Notes: generated by a model from the letters alone, not told the origin. A stretch of 64,000 nt of DNA from an uncultured delta proteobacterium (GCA_963743305.1 CAVUPH010000007.1:192001-256000); one strand, 5' to 3'; positions 41,311 to 51,862 are shown, counted from the first letter of the stretch. Program-made: numbers and translations.

Positions 41311-42063
41311 CTAGATCATCCCGTATCCGCCGTCTACGCAGAGCAACTGGCCGGTGATGTAATTGGCCTCATCGGAGGCCAGAAAGACGAAGGCCGGGGT
41401 AATGTCGTCCGGTTCGGCGAAACGCTCCAGCAGTATCCGGCGCATGTAGATTTCTTTTAATTTTTCGTCGCTGCGGATTTTTTCGGTCATATCCGTAGCC
41501 ACGATCCCCAGAGAAATAACATTGACGCAGATATTGTAGCGGGCCAGTTCTCGGGCTGCCGATTTGGTAAAGGAGAGCAGTCCCCCCTTGGCGGCGCTGT
41601 AATTGATCTGCCCGACTGTTCCCACCAGGCCGGCTACGGAGGTGACATTGATCATTTTGCCGCTTTTTTGTTCTTTCATGATCTGGGCGGCTGCCTGGGT
41701 ACAAAGAAAGGCCCCTTTTAAATGCAGATCCACTACCTGATCCCACTGTTCCTCGGTCATCTTGAGTAACATGGCCGGTTTGGAAAAGCCGGCGTTATTC
41801 ACCAGGATATCCAGACGTCCGAAATGGTCCTTGGCGCTCTGGATCACGGCCGTAGCTTCTTCTTTCTTGGCCACATCGCCCTGAATTTTAACGGCTTTCC
41901 GTCCCAAAGCCTCAATTTCCCGAACTACCTGGTCGGCGGCGGCTTCATTCGAGGCGTAATTGACCACCACATTCGCGCCTTCACGGGCATACGCTAAGGC
42001 TATGGCCCGACCAACTCCCCGGCTGGCGCCGGTGACCACTGCAATTTTATCTTTTAAACGCAT
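41311..42063 (-). CDS. Short-chain dehydrogenase (FabG-like)
   Basis: TGASRGVG, LVNNAG, NYSAAKGG and VDGG. Confidence 0.88.
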   Translation of the reverse strand: MRLKDKIAVVTGASRGVGRAIALAYAREGANVVVNYASNEAAADQVVREIEALGRKAVKIQGDVAKKEEATAVIQSAKDHFGRLDILVNNAGFSKPAMLLKMTEEQWDQVVDLHLKGAFLCTQAAAQIMKEQKSGKMINVTSVAGLVGTVGQINYSAAKGGLLSFTKSAARELARYNICVNVISLGIVATDMTEKIRSDEKLKEIYMRRILLERFAEPDDITPAFVFLASDEANYITGQLLCVDGGYGMI

Positions 42064-42117
42064 AGGCTCTCCTTTGAGTGCATAGTCACAAATTAACTAT
42101 TTTATAACTATAAAGTG

Positions 42118-42149
42118 ATTATATACAATAGGGGCGGAGGGGTTGTCAA
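42118..42149 (-). promoter_or_regulatory. Probable sigma70 promoter of the SDR-had-oah operon
   Basis: TTGACA...TGTATATAAT on the minus strand. Confidence 0.45.
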
Positions 42150-42416
42150 GGAAAAAACTTGTAAATAATTTTACTTTTTTGTTACTATTTAAGGGTGTTA
42201 ACTTTTGGTTATTTACCTACTAAACGCCCAGGCCCGGGGCGGGCACCCCGAAGCATGAAAATAAGGGGCAGACATAAGCCTAAGTTTTTGCTTAATTTTT
42301 TATCGGATGACGACCAAAACAAATGTCCGGTGTGGCGGCTGACATTTTTTTCGTATCAACCATTTGGGATTTTTTGGGCTGTACTATAAAACCACTTCAA
42401 AAGTTAGGATGATCAA

Positions 42417-43256
42417 ATGCGTGTTCTAAGGTTTCCTCGGAAGGCAAGGCTCGTCTTGTCGGGTGTGGTCCTGATTTCCTTTATCGGCTGCTCCAGGGCA
42501 GTTATCAAAAGTTCGGATACCCCGTCTTCAATCCCAGGCACCCCGGCCGCAAAAACGGTTGATAAAAAAAAGATCCTGGGAGATAGGCCTGATAGAATGG
42601 CCTCGCTCAAAGATCGACCTTATGCCGTTGACGGCCGTTGGTACTTCCCCCTGAATTCCATAGAGGGCTACCGCGAACAAGGTATCGCTTCATGGTATGG
42701 ACCTGATTTTCATGGGAAAAGGACTTCATCCGGTGAGACCTACGATATGTACGGACCCACCGCCGCTCATCGCATCCTGCCTTTAAACACCCAAGTGAAG
42801 GTCAGGAATCCGGCGAATAATAGGGAGATCATCGTGCGGATCAACGACCGGGGGCCTTTCGTGAAAGAACGGATTATCGATTTATCCTACGACAGCGCCA
42901 AGGCCCTGGGCCTGATCGGTCCGGGGACGGCCCAGGTGGAATTAGAGGCCATCGGCGTTTTGATGGAAGGGGAAGAAAATGGACGGAAAACTACCCGTCT
43001 AATACAGGAAATTGATTATCAAAAAGGGCCTTTTGTCGTCCAGATTGGGGCCTTCAAGGAAATTGAAAACGCGATTCGTCTGAAAGACCGCCTGCGGGCC
43101 GATTACCTGGAAGTGGAAGTAATGGAGACGACAATTAAGGGGGAACGTATCTATCGGGTGCGAATCAATTGCCAGGAACAACTCAACGAAGCCCTCCGTA
43201 TCCAAAAGGAACTTGAAGGCAAAGGCTTCAGCCAAGTATTGGTCATGGCCCAATAA
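42417..43256 (+). CDS. rlpA: Septal ring lytic transglycosylase RlpA (DPBB plus SPOR)
   Basis: Lipobox FIGC, ASWYG, TAAHR, RINDRGPF, RIIDLS and SPOR VQIGAF. Confidence 0.93.
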   Translation: MRVLRFPRKARLVLSGVVLISFIGCSRAVIKSSDTPSSIPGTPAAKTVDKKKILGDRPDRMASLKDRPYAVDGRWYFPLNSIEGYREQGIASWYGPDFHGKRTSSGETYDMYGPTAAHRILPLNTQVKVRNPANNREIIVRINDRGPFVKERIIDLSYDSAKALGLIGPGTAQVELEAIGVLMEGEENGRKTTRLIQEIDYQKGPFVVQIGAFKEIENAIRLKDRLRADYLEVEVMETTIKGERIYRVRINCQEQLNEALRIQKELEGKGFSQVLVMAQ

Positions 43257-43347
43257 AGGGACGTATCGTTCAGGAAACCTGTTAGGTGGTTGACATTCAG
43301 GAATATCGATTTTCCGGGAGTGCGATTGGATCGGGAGTCGTTTGGTT

Positions 43348-43650
43348 TTAGCGGTTTTTTAACGACTGAGAGGAGTTAATCTTTTTCCGTAAGACGCCGG
43401 AGGTCTTGAAGACCACTACCTTGCGGGCTTTTAACTGCAGGTCTTCATTGGTCTGGGGGTTTCGACCCCGGCGGGCCCTTTTTCGTTTTACCACAAATTT
43501 TCCAAAGCCGCTTATCAGAAGGTTTTCCTCACTAGCCAAGGCCTTCTTCATGATATCCAGCAACTGTTCAATCACTTCCCGGGATTGACTTTTGCTGAAA
43601 CCAATCTGCTCATAGACCGTTGCGATTATTTTCTCCTTGGTCAGCGCCAT
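43348..43650 (-). CDS. ihfA: Integration host factor alpha
   Basis: MALTK, LISGFGKF and RRGRNPQT. Confidence 0.85.
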   Translation of the reverse strand: MALTKEKIIATVYEQIGFSKSQSREVIEQLLDIMKKALASEENLLISGFGKFVVKRKRARRGRNPQTNEDLQLKARKVVVFKTSGVLRKKINSSQSLKNR

Positions 43651-43806
43651 CGATCCTCCCCTTTCTGAAAAATTCGGCCTCTTTGGCCTAAGAATTGAGT
43701 TAACCTGCCTAATTTAAAACGGAATTCAATATGCGCTAAGCCGGTAGCCTTGTCAAGTCTTTTTTTTTATTATTCTTTTTTATTTTGGTCTTCAAAATAC
43801 CCCGGA

Positions 43807-45711
43807 TTATTGCTGCCCGCCATAAGACCAAGGTTCTTCCGGTCGACTGGCCGCCTCACGCTTTTTAAGATGGACCTGCAGGATGGTCAGAGCGGCAGGG
43901 GTCATACCGGAAATCCGAGAGGCCTGTCCTAACGAAAGAGGGCGAATGGTCTTGAGTTTTTCTTTAATTTCGTTGGACAACCCGGCCAGACCGGCAAAAT
44001 CCCAATCGGCCGGAATGCCCAGGTTCTCGCTTTTTTCAAATCGGTGAACCTGTTCTTCCTGACGGACCAAATACCCTTCGTATTTTACCTGAATGGCCAA
44101 TTGTTCTAAAACCTTGGATTGAAATTCCTTCAGTTGCGGGAAGAGCGGGAAAAGGTCTTCCCAGGATATTTCCGGTCGGCGTAACAGCTCCTTTAAGGTA
44201 ACCGGTTTTCGAAGGGGGCGACTATTGAGTTCATTCAGCCGAGCATTGGTTTCCTGATTGGGATGGACCCAGGTTTCCCGAAGCAGCTCCCAGGCGGCCT
44301 TAATCCCAGTCTTTTTTTGGACAAATTCCCGATACCGGGCGTTTCCGATCAAGCCGCAGATTCTTCCTGTTTCCGTCAATCGCAGGTCGGCATTGTCTTC
44401 CCGAAGTAACAGGCGATACTCGGCTCGCGAGGTAAACATCCGATAAGGTTCGCGGGTGCCTCTGGTAACCAGGTCGTCAACCATGACCCCGATGTAGGCC
44501 TGGGAGCGATTCAAAACCAGGGAAGGTCGGTGTTGGACCTGCAGAGCGGCATTGATCCCGGCCATCAACCCCTGGGCGCCGGCCTCTTCGTAACCGGAGG
44601 TCCCGTTGATCTGTCCGGCCAGAAAAAGACCGGCGACGGATTTTACTTCCAAGGTGGGATGCAGTTGGAGCGGGTTGACATAATCGTATTCGATGGCATA
44701 GCCCGGCCGAACCATTTTGGCTTTTTCCAATCCAGGGATGGAATGAATGACGGCCTGTTGGACATCGATGGGCAGGCTGGTAGGGATCCCGTTGGGATAA
44801 TATTCGGTGGTCATCCGCCCTTCCGGTTCCAGGAAGACCTGGTGGCGGACTTTTTCGGGGAAACGAACGACCTTGTCTTCGATGGAAGGGCAGTAGCGGG
44901 CCCCGGTCCCTTTGATCAGACCACTGTAAAGGGGGGAGCGGTCCAGGTTGGCGCGAATTAATTCATGAGTGCGGGGCTGGGTGTAGGTCAGATAGCAGGG
45001 GACCTGGGGCCGATCGATGGACTGGGTAGTAAAAGAAAAGGGCAGGGGAGGCTCATCCCCGTTTTGAGGACTGAGGGAAGAAAAATCGATGGACTTGCCC
45101 TGAAGCCGGGGTGTCGTCCCGGTTTTGAGTCTCCCCAATTCCAGTCCCAGGGATCGTAGTGAAGCCGAGAGACCCAGCGAGGCGGGGTCCCCCATCCGGC
45201 CGGCCGCAAAATGATTTAAGCCCACATGGATCAGGCCCTGGAGAAAGGTCCCCGTGGTCAGGATTACGGTTTGCCCTTCAAAAACCAGGCCCAAGTCGGT
45301 TTGGAGGCCTTTGATCCGGCCGTTTTCCACCCAGAGGGTATCCACCATTCCCTGGCGAAGATCCAACCCTTCCTGGCTCTCCACGACCCAGCGCATATAC
45401 TGCTTGTAGGCTTCCATGTCCGCCTGGGCCCGGGAAGACCAGACTGCCGGCCCCTTCTGGGTATTCAGGCGGCGGAACTGGATCCCGGTGGCATCGATCG
45501 CTTTGGCCATTTCGCCGCCCAAGGCATCGATTTCCTTAACCAGGTGCCCTTTGGCTAATCCTCCGATGGCGGGATTACAGGACATGGCCCCGATGTGGTC
45601 CACGTTGATGGTCAGCAGCAGGGTTCGGCAACCCATCCGGGCCGCCGCCAGACCGGCTTCAATCCCGGCGTGACCGGCGCCGACGACAATAACGTCATAT
45701 CTGTTTTCCAA
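43807..45711 (-). CDS. mnmG: tRNA uridine-5-carboxymethylaminomethyl modification enzyme
   Basis: [43 protein letters not shown] and [14 protein letters not shown]. Confidence 0.97.
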   Translation of the reverse strand: MENRYDVIVVGAGHAGIEAGLAAARMGCRTLLLTINVDHIGAMSCNPAIGGLAKGHLVKEIDALGGEMAKAIDATGIQFRRLNTQKGPAVWSSRAQADMEAYKQYMRWVVESQEGLDLRQGMVDTLWVENGRIKGLQTDLGLVFEGQTVILTTGTFLQGLIHVGLNHFAAGRMGDPASLGLSASLRSLGLELGRLKTGTTPRLQGKSIDFSSLSPQNGDEPPLPFSFTTQSIDRPQVPCYLTYTQPRTHELIRANLDRSPLYSGLIKGTGARYCPSIEDKVVRFPEKVRHQVFLEPEGRMTTEYYPNGIPTSLPIDVQQAVIHSIPGLEKAKMVRPGYAIEYDYVNPLQLHPTLEVKSVAGLFLAGQINGTSGYEEAGAQGLMAGINAALQVQHRPSLVLNRSQAYIGVMVDDLVTRGTREPYRMFTSRAEYRLLLREDNADLRLTETGRICGLIGNARYREFVQKKTGIKAAWELLRETWVHPNQETNARLNELNSRPLRKPVTLKELLRRPEISWEDLFPLFPQLKEFQSKVLEQLAIQVKYEGYLVRQEEQVHRFEKSENLGIPADWDFAGLAGLSNEIKEKLKTIRPLSLGQASRISGMTPAALTILQVHLKKREAASRPEEPWSYGGQQ

Positions 45712-45747
45712 TTTGGAGAAACCTTTCAGTTTGGCTATTTTTGTATT

Positions 45748-45782
45748 AAAAAACCGGCAGGTCCCGAAAGACCTGCCGGTTA
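45748..45782 (-). terminator. Intrinsic terminator after the lipoprotein gene
   Basis: AACCGGCAGGTC/GACCTGCCGGTT stem plus T run on the minus strand. Confidence 0.8.
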
Positions 45783-45812
45783 TTTGTCAGTAGAAACAAT
45801 TTTCAGAAGAGG

Positions 45813-46148
45813 TTACTTCTTCAATTTCTTCATGAAGACGGCTTCCGCCTTGTTAGCTGCGGCTTCGGCTTTTTCCGCCGCTTTTTCAGCTCTGGCTGCG
45901 GCATCTTCAGCCTTTTGGGCTGCCATTTCGGCCTTTTTGACCATGGCTTCCAATATGCTCGTGTCGCACTCACACTTCGTCACTGCAGGCGGCGGCGGCG
46001 GTGGTGGTGGCGGCGCCGGAGCCGCAACTGCCTTGGGTGGCTCGGCAGTGGCTTCCGTGAAACAGGTACACCCTACTCCAAAGGCGGTCAAAACAAAAAA
46101 CATGGTTAGAAGACCTACGATTTTGATTACCCTTTGAGGTTTAATCAT
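45813..46148 (-). CDS. Lpp/OprI-like alanine-zipper lipoprotein with a poly-Pro linker
   Basis: GGAGGTG RBS, lipobox-like GVGC, Ala-rich heptads (AQKAEDAAARAEKAAEKAEAAANKAE), C-terminal KKLKK; downstream of an L,D-transpeptidase. Confidence 0.75.
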   Translation of the reverse strand: MIKPQRVIKIVGLLTMFFVLTAFGVGCTCFTEATAEPPKAVAAPAPPPPPPPPPAVTKCECDTSILEAMVKKAEMAAQKAEDAAARAEKAAEKAEAAANKAEAVFMKKLKK

Positions 46149-46265
46149 TATACATTCACCTCCTCTCCTTAAAAGAGTCAACTAATTTATCGATTATCTA
46201 AAACGTTTAAATGGAAATTCAATAGAAAAGGTTATTGAAAATATATAGTTATGTCAAGAAAAAAA

Positions 46266-47186
46266 TTAGTCTTTGGTGATGTCCACCGGTATGCCTTTCG
46301 CTTCCTTCAGGGACTGCCTAAAGAGATCCAGATCGACCCGATCCCCCCATTTCTTTCCTCTGACCTTGGCCAGACCGTACTCCACCAGATCAGGGATTTT
46401 ACCATAAATATCCGAATGAACTTCGGAATAAATACGTCCCTGCTTAAAACCGATTTTGACCGGTTCATAGATCATTTCCACCGGTGTTTTTAAGGGAATT
46501 AAGAAAAAAAGCTTTTTAATGTCCTCCGGATAGAGTCGGATACACCCGTGGGTTACCAGTCGGCCGATGGCCCAGGGGAAATTGGTCCCATGGATCCCGT
46601 AGCCCGGGATGGACAGCCCCATCCAATAATCTCCCAAGGGGTTATCCGGACCGGGGGGCATGACTTTCAACTGATACTTTTCCTGGAGTGACTGGGGGAT
46701 ATGCCAAGCGGGATGTTCTCGTTTTTGAGCCACATGAAAGGAGCCCAGCGGGCTGAACCAGCCTTCATCGCCAATACCGATCGGATAGGTCCGGACCAGG
46801 CCAATGGATTTAATAAAATAAAACAGACGCATCTCCGCAATGTTGATCACTATTCCAAATTTAGTCGTTGCCGGCAGGATCCATTGGGTAGGGAGGAGGA
46901 GATTGGTGCCTTCGGGGGGGACCCAGGGATCGATTTCCGGATAGAGGCTTTCCAATTCGTTGAAACCCAGATCGTTGTCTCGGGCCACGTCCAGCAGGGT
47001 ATCTTTTGGCTTGGTCACGTATTCCCCCAGGACTCCGATGACGGTATTGGCCTGGGGGTCGAGGGCCAGTTTGGAATCGGGAAATCGATACGGGTAGGCG
47101 CCGCTTCCCCAGGCAGGTTTCAGGCTAAAAAATGAGATTAGGATAAGCAAGATCAGTATCGGCGGGAAACGGCGAAAAAAAATCAT
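46266..47186 (-). CDS. L,D-transpeptidase (ErfK/YbiS/YcfS family, LysM-like plus YkuD)
   Basis: IVINIAEMRLF, YPIGIG, PGPDNPLG and YGIHGTN...HGCIRL. Confidence 0.92.
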   Translation of the reverse strand: MIFFRRFPPILILLILISFFSLKPAWGSGAYPYRFPDSKLALDPQANTVIGVLGEYVTKPKDTLLDVARDNDLGFNELESLYPEIDPWVPPEGTNLLLPTQWILPATTKFGIVINIAEMRLFYFIKSIGLVRTYPIGIGDEGWFSPLGSFHVAQKREHPAWHIPQSLQEKYQLKVMPPGPDNPLGDYWMGLSIPGYGIHGTNFPWAIGRLVTHGCIRLYPEDIKKLFFLIPLKTPVEMIYEPVKIGFKQGRIYSEVHSDIYGKIPDLVEYGLAKVRGKKWGDRVDLDLFRQSLKEAKGIPVDITKD

Positions 47187-47365
47187 AAGGACTGAACCCT
47201 CTTTCGGCTGATGAAATAATCTGTTAATTTTTAGCTAAGCCGTCGAGAAAGTCAAGGATTTATGAAACGGTTTTTAATTGACTTGGCCAAAAACATTCCT
47301 TACCCTAAATTTCGCCTTCCCCTGAGGCTAACGACTGTTGGATTGAGGGATAGTCACTGAAAAGG

Positions 47366-47461
47366 ATGAACATCGAACATCGAGCCTCCCCGATCGAATG
47401 GTTAAATAGAGGCTGGTTTTTCATTCGAGGTTGGAAGTTCGATGTTCAATGTTCGACGTCC
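47366..47461. repeat. Inverted pair of heptamer-periodic arms (AACATCG class)
   Basis: GAACATCGAACATCGAGCC...TCGAATG and CATTCGAGGTTGGAAGTTCGATGTTCAATGTTCGACGT. Confidence 0.75.
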
Positions 47462-47489
47462 TTCCGTTTCTAAAAGGTGAGGTTTTTTA

Positions 47490-48055
47490 GTGTCTCTATT
47501 CCCCTGTCCCCGCAGCCCGGTTGACCTTCATCACCGGACCCAGTCGAAGCGGCAAGACCCGCTTGGCGCTGAAGCTCGCTCTGAGTTATCCCGAGCCGCG
47601 GGGATACCTGGCCACGGCCCAGGCCCTGGATAAGGAAATGGCCTTCCGAATCCGCCGCCATCAGGAGGAGCGGGAAGGGGATTTTGTGACTATTGAAGAG
47701 CCGCTGCAATTAACCCGGGCGCTGAGTTCCCTAAATCGGACCTTTCTCGATAGTGATCATTGATTGTCTGACCCTCTGGCTAAACAACCTGATGGCCAAG
47801 TGGGGTGAGGATGAAGATTCGCTCCGACAGGAGGCCTTCCAGGTAGTGGAATTTTTTAAAACTTTTTCGGTTCCCACGGTTATTATCTCCAATGAAGTGG
47901 GCTGGGGGATCGTCCCGGATAATCCCCTGGCCCGTAAATTCAGGGACCTGTCCGGGAACCTGAATCAGGCACTGGCGGCCGTGGCTGATCAGGTTATTTT
48001 GGCCGTAGCCGGTATCCCGTTGGTCCTGAAACCTCATCCCTGCGGAAATTCCTGA
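47490..48055 (+). CDS. cobU: Adenosylcobinamide kinase/guanylyltransferase; frameshift near 47745 and probably another near the start
   Basis: ITGPSRSGKT, YLATA, RIRRHQEER and TIEEP, then IDCLTLWLNN, SNEVGWGIVP and FRDLSG in the next frame. Confidence 0.88.
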
Positions 48056-48805
48056 TGACCTCTTTCCTGGTGGCCTTACGGTTTCTAACTATTCTTCCCG
48101 TGGGCGGGGCTATCAGGGTCGACAGCGAGTTATTTATCCGTTCCAGCAAATACTACCCGCTGGTAGGCTTGGCCATCGGCGGACTGCTCTGGGGCTTCAA
48201 TCATTTGGCCTTGACGGCCTTTTCGGCCGGGCTGACGGCCGGGCTGCTAATCGCCTTCTGGGTCAGTTTTGACCGGGGCCCTGCATCTGGATGGCTTAGG
48301 GGACACGTTGGACGGCTGTTACGGCGGAAGGACCCCGGCCGACCGCCTGCGGATCATGAAAGACGTTCACCTGGGGTCCATGGGCGTTGTGGGCCTAGTA
48401 CTGCTCCTGATGATCAAATGGGTCGCTCTCGAGGAGCTGCTTTCTTCACCCACCCTGCCCGTCTTTTTGATACTGATTCCTCTGGCCGCCCGCTGGACCC
48501 CGGTGTTCTTAGCCTCCTTTTGGCCCTACGCCCGGCCGGAAGGCGGCCTGGGCCAGGGTTTGGTTCAGGAAATGGGGAAAAAGGAATTATTCTGGGCCAC
48601 GATTTTTGCCTGGGGGATCACCATCGGCGTTGCCGGGTGGCTGGGATTAGGACTCATGGCCGTTCAGCTTGTCTGGAGCCTGTTAAGCGGCTGGTTTTTT
48701 TTCCGAAAATTGGGCGGGGTGACCGGCGATGCTCTGGGCGCTACGATTGAAACCAGCGAACTGCTGGGAATCCTGTTTATTGTCGGGGTAGGCGGTCATG
48801 GGTAA
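48055..48805 (+). CDS. cobS: Cobalamin synthase; frameshift near 48268
   Basis: ALRFLTILP and YYPLVG, then TGALHLDGLGDTLDG, IMKD and GGVTGDALGA. Confidence 0.9.
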
Positions 48806-49418
48806 GCAGGAGAAGACCACCCGTCTCTTTCTGGTCCGGCACGGCGAGGTGGCGCAATCCGCCCAGGGAAAATTCTTGGGTTTTACCGATGCCGGCCTGA
48901 GCGCCAACGGACGGATTCAATTGGAGCGGCTTGCCCAGCGTCTGAAGATAGTGCCCTTGGAACGCGCTGTGGCCAGTGACCTCATCAGGGCCGTGGAGTC
49001 GGCCCAAATAATCTGCCGGGGAAGGGCCATAGAGCCGGAGGGGCGGGCTGAATTCCGCGAAATGAACATGGGCGAATGGGATGGGAGATCCTGGAAGGAG
49101 ATCGAGCGAAGGTACCCGAATCGAAAAAAATTCCATTTCAGCAACTTGAAGCAGTTCCGTTTCCCGGGCGGGGAAAACTGGGACCAATTCCGCAATCGCG
49201 TGCTCAAGGGCCTCAATACCCTCCTCGACGAAAACCGGGGGTCGGCTATTCTCCTGGCGGCCCATGCGGGGGTTAACCGGGTCATCCTGGCCAAGGCCTT
49301 GGGACTGCCCTTCAAAAGAATGTTTTTTATGGACCAGGCCTACGCCTGTCTGAATATCATCGATTACTATCAGGGTTACGCCATGGTTCGATTGATCAAT
49401 GGTACCTTTCCGGATTAG
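48798..49418 (+). CDS. cobC: Alpha-ribazole phosphatase (histidine phosphatase)
   Basis: LFLVRHGE, SDLIRA, EMNMGEWDG and HAGVNR; within the cob cluster. Confidence 0.82.
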   Translation: MGKQEKTTRLFLVRHGEVAQSAQGKFLGFTDAGLSANGRIQLERLAQRLKIVPLERAVASDLIRAVESAQIICRGRAIEPEGRAEFREMNMGEWDGRSWKEIERRYPNRKKFHFSNLKQFRFPGGENWDQFRNRVLKGLNTLLDENRGSAILLAAHAGVNRVILAKALGLPFKRMFFMDQAYACLNIIDYYQGYAMVRLINGTFPD

Positions 49419-49442
49419 CGCTGCAGGTGAAAACTATCGGCG

Positions 49443-49559
49443 GAGCGCGGAGCGCGAAGCGCAAAGCGTCAGGCTCGCCCTGGTGGAGATTCAGCCAAGG
49501 CGGATTCGAGACAGTTCATTGTTCCGATTGGCGCTCGGCGCTCGGCGCCCCGCGCTCCG
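49443..49559. repeat. Inverted pair of heptamer-periodic arms (AGCGCGG class)
   Basis: AGCGCGG AGCGCGA AGCGCAA AGCGTCA ... CGCTCGG CGCTCGG CGCCCCG CGCTCCG; a solo arm of this class lies at ~31413-31440. Confidence 0.7.
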
Positions 49560-49573
49560 CGGCCTTTCTAACC

Positions 49574-50533
49574 ATGCGCCCCTACCAATTCGCCCTCGCT
49601 TATCTTCTGGACCTGGCTATCGGCGATCCCCGGTTTATACCCCACCCGGTGCGTGGGTTTGGGTGGGCGATTCGTGTTCTGGAAAAGGCCCTCCGCCGGC
49701 CGGCTGAAAGTCCGGGGTGGGAAAGGTTTGCCGGGGTTATTTTAGCCCTGGGCTTGCCGGCCGCGGTTTTTTCGCTGACCTACTGGCTGATTTTCGGGCT
49801 GTTGCCAAGCCGGCCGGTCATCCAGTCCCTGGTCATTATTCTGTTGGCCTATACGACCCTGGCCACCCGGTCGTTGCACCACGAGGCCGCCCGGGTCATC
49901 ACGGCCCTGCAGGCCGGTAAGGTGACGGAAGCCCGGAAGCGGCTGAGCTGGATCGTTGGTCGGGACACGGAACACCTGACCCGGGAGGAGATGATCAAGG
50001 CCACCCTGGAAACCATGGCCGAAAACCTTTCCGACGGGATTATTGCCCCTTTATTTTACCTGTTGATCGGCGGGGTGCCCCTGGCCCTGGCCTTCAAGGC
50101 GGCCAGTACCCTGGATTCCATGGTAGGCTACAAAAATGATCGCTACCGCTATTTCGGTTGGGCCTCCGCCCGGCTGGACGATCTCTGGAATTATCTTCCG
50201 GCCCGAATTACCGCGCTATTGATCGTCCTGGTTTCCAGGTTTTGGGGCTTTTCCTGGAAACAGGCCTGGATCATCTACCGGCGGGATGGTCACCGGTACC
50301 CGAGCCCGAACGCCGGATTGCCCCAAGCCGCTTTAGCCGGCGCCTTGCAAATCCGCCTGGGCGGACCGGCCCTCTATGGGGGGGTAAAAAGCGAAAAGCC
50401 TTTTCTGGGCGATGACCGCGTCGAGATTACCCTGGCGGAATACCGCCAGACCGTGACTGTTTTGTATGCCTCCTCCGCCCTGATGGCCCTGGTCGTCCTT
50501 GGGGGGCGGTTTTTGTGGGAATATCTTCAATGA
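49574..50533 (+). CDS. cbiB: Adenosylcobinamide-phosphate synthase
   Basis: LDLAIGDP...HPV, IVGRDT, AENLSDGIIAP, TLDSMVGY and SPNAG. Confidence 0.93.
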   Translation: MRPYQFALAYLLDLAIGDPRFIPHPVRGFGWAIRVLEKALRRPAESPGWERFAGVILALGLPAAVFSLTYWLIFGLLPSRPVIQSLVIILLAYTTLATRSLHHEAARVITALQAGKVTEARKRLSWIVGRDTEHLTREEMIKATLETMAENLSDGIIAPLFYLLIGGVPLALAFKAASTLDSMVGYKNDRYRYFGWASARLDDLWNYLPARITALLIVLVSRFWGFSWKQAWIIYRRDGHRYPSPNAGLPQAALAGALQIRLGGPALYGGVKSEKPFLGDDRVEITLAEYRQTVTVLYASSALMALVVLGGRFLWEYLQ

Positions 50534-50686
50534 CAACCTCGCAGAAAGTCCAAAAACGATTTTCTACTCGGCGGGGGAGGGCCCTCCCTCCCCCGCCACT
50601 TGAAGTGAATTCAAATGGTCCCACCCCTACCCCAGACCGGGGCTTAATCGCCCTCGGTCTGTTGACGGACTTTTTGCGAGTCCGTC
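50531..50686. repeat. Shell element TGACAACCTCGCAGAAAGTCC...GGACTTTTTGCGAG with different internal hairpin cargo
   Basis: Ends nearly identical to those of 88-234; the interior contains GGCGGGGGAGGG/CCCTCCCCCGCC and AGACCGGGG/CCTCGGTCT hairpins. Confidence 0.75.
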
Positions 50687-50690
50687 TACA

Positions 50691-51767
50691 ATGAAAAACT
50701 GGATGCGCAATCGAACCTTCGAAGAGGCCCTGGGGCAGCTTTTTATGGTGGGGATCCCGGGTCCCCAATTTTCCGGCGAGGCGGTTTTCCTTTTAAAAAA
50801 GATCCGGGCCGGTGGGATCATTCTGTTTAAACGGAATTATCAGGACCCTGTTCAATTGGCTGATCTCTGCCGGCGACTGCAGACCTCGGCCCTGGAACTC
50901 CATTCGCTGCCGCTTTTTATTTCCATCGATCAGGAAGGGGGCCGGGTGCTTCGACTGGGACCGCCATTCACCCAGATCCCGGCGCCGGCCGAGATGGCCG
51001 CTGGAGGAGATCCGGAGGGGGCCGTGCGTCAATATGCCCGGGTAACGGCCCAGGAATTAAAACTGGCCGGGATCAATATGAACCTGGCCCCGGTCCTGGA
51101 CGTCAACCTCCGAGGAGCGGAAGGTTTGATGGCCTCCCGTTGCCTGGGTACGGACCCGGAGACGGTAACCCGGCTGGGCAGTCTGTATATCCGGGAACTC
51201 CAAAAAGGCGGGATCATGGCAGCGGCCAAGCATTTCCCGGGGATCGGCGACATTGTCCTGGATCCGCACCACGATCTGCCGGTTCAAGATAAGGATCTGG
51301 CCGGGCTGGAAGCGGCGGAACTGGTTCCTTTTAGAACGGCCGTTGCTCTGCCCGTGTCCGCGGTGATGCTGACCCATACCCTTTATCCGGCCCTCGACCC
51401 CAAATGGCCGGCCAGTCTGTCCCGGTCGATTATCACCGGTCTGTTGCGGGAAAACCTGGGGTACCAGGGGTTGGTGATCACCGACGACCTGGAAATGGGA
51501 GCCATCGGCAAGCATTTTGAAATTGAAGAGGCCGTGTTGACCGCTTTCCAAGGGGGGGCCGATATCCTCCTCATCTGCCACGAACCGGAAAAGATCGAAA
51601 GGGCCTACGCCTGCCTTTTAAAAGCCTTGAAACGGGGGACCATCCCCGCTCGATTTCTGGAAATTTCCCTGCAACGAATTCTCGCCTTAAAAAATAACTA
51701 CCTGCAGCTATTCTTACCCCCGTCCGAAGAAATAATCAGGGAATACTTTTTGCGTAAGATAGGTTAA
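50691..51767 (+). CDS. nagZ: Beta-N-acetylhexosaminidase (GH3)
   Basis: GGIILFKRN, SIDQEGGRV, APVLD, AKHFPGIG...DPH and ITDDLEMGAI. Confidence 0.9.
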   Translation: MKNWMRNRTFEEALGQLFMVGIPGPQFSGEAVFLLKKIRAGGIILFKRNYQDPVQLADLCRRLQTSALELHSLPLFISIDQEGGRVLRLGPPFTQIPAPAEMAAGGDPEGAVRQYARVTAQELKLAGINMNLAPVLDVNLRGAEGLMASRCLGTDPETVTRLGSLYIRELQKGGIMAAAKHFPGIGDIVLDPHHDLPVQDKDLAGLEAAELVPFRTAVALPVSAVMLTHTLYPALDPKWPASLSRSIITGLLRENLGYQGLVITDDLEMGAIGKHFEIEEAVLTAFQGGADILLICHEPEKIERAYACLLKALKRGTIPARFLEISLQRILALKNNYLQLFLPPSEEIIREYFLRKIG

Positions 51768-51801
51768 GACGGAACAGCAGAACCTCTTTTTCCATTAACC
51801 G

Positions 51802-51834
51802 TTCGCTGTTGGAAGTTCGATGTTCGACGTTCAT
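51802..51834. repeat. Solo arm of the AACATCG class
   Basis: TTCGCTGTTGGAAGTTCGATGTTCGACGTTCAT. Confidence 0.65.
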
Positions 51835-51862
51835 CTATTTTTGGGATGATCGGGATATCGGC

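Noticed and set aside
47280-47490. Cobalamin riboswitch upstream of cobU
   Set aside because: No B12-box or GGGAA core recognisable; the visible structure is the AACATCG repeat pair.
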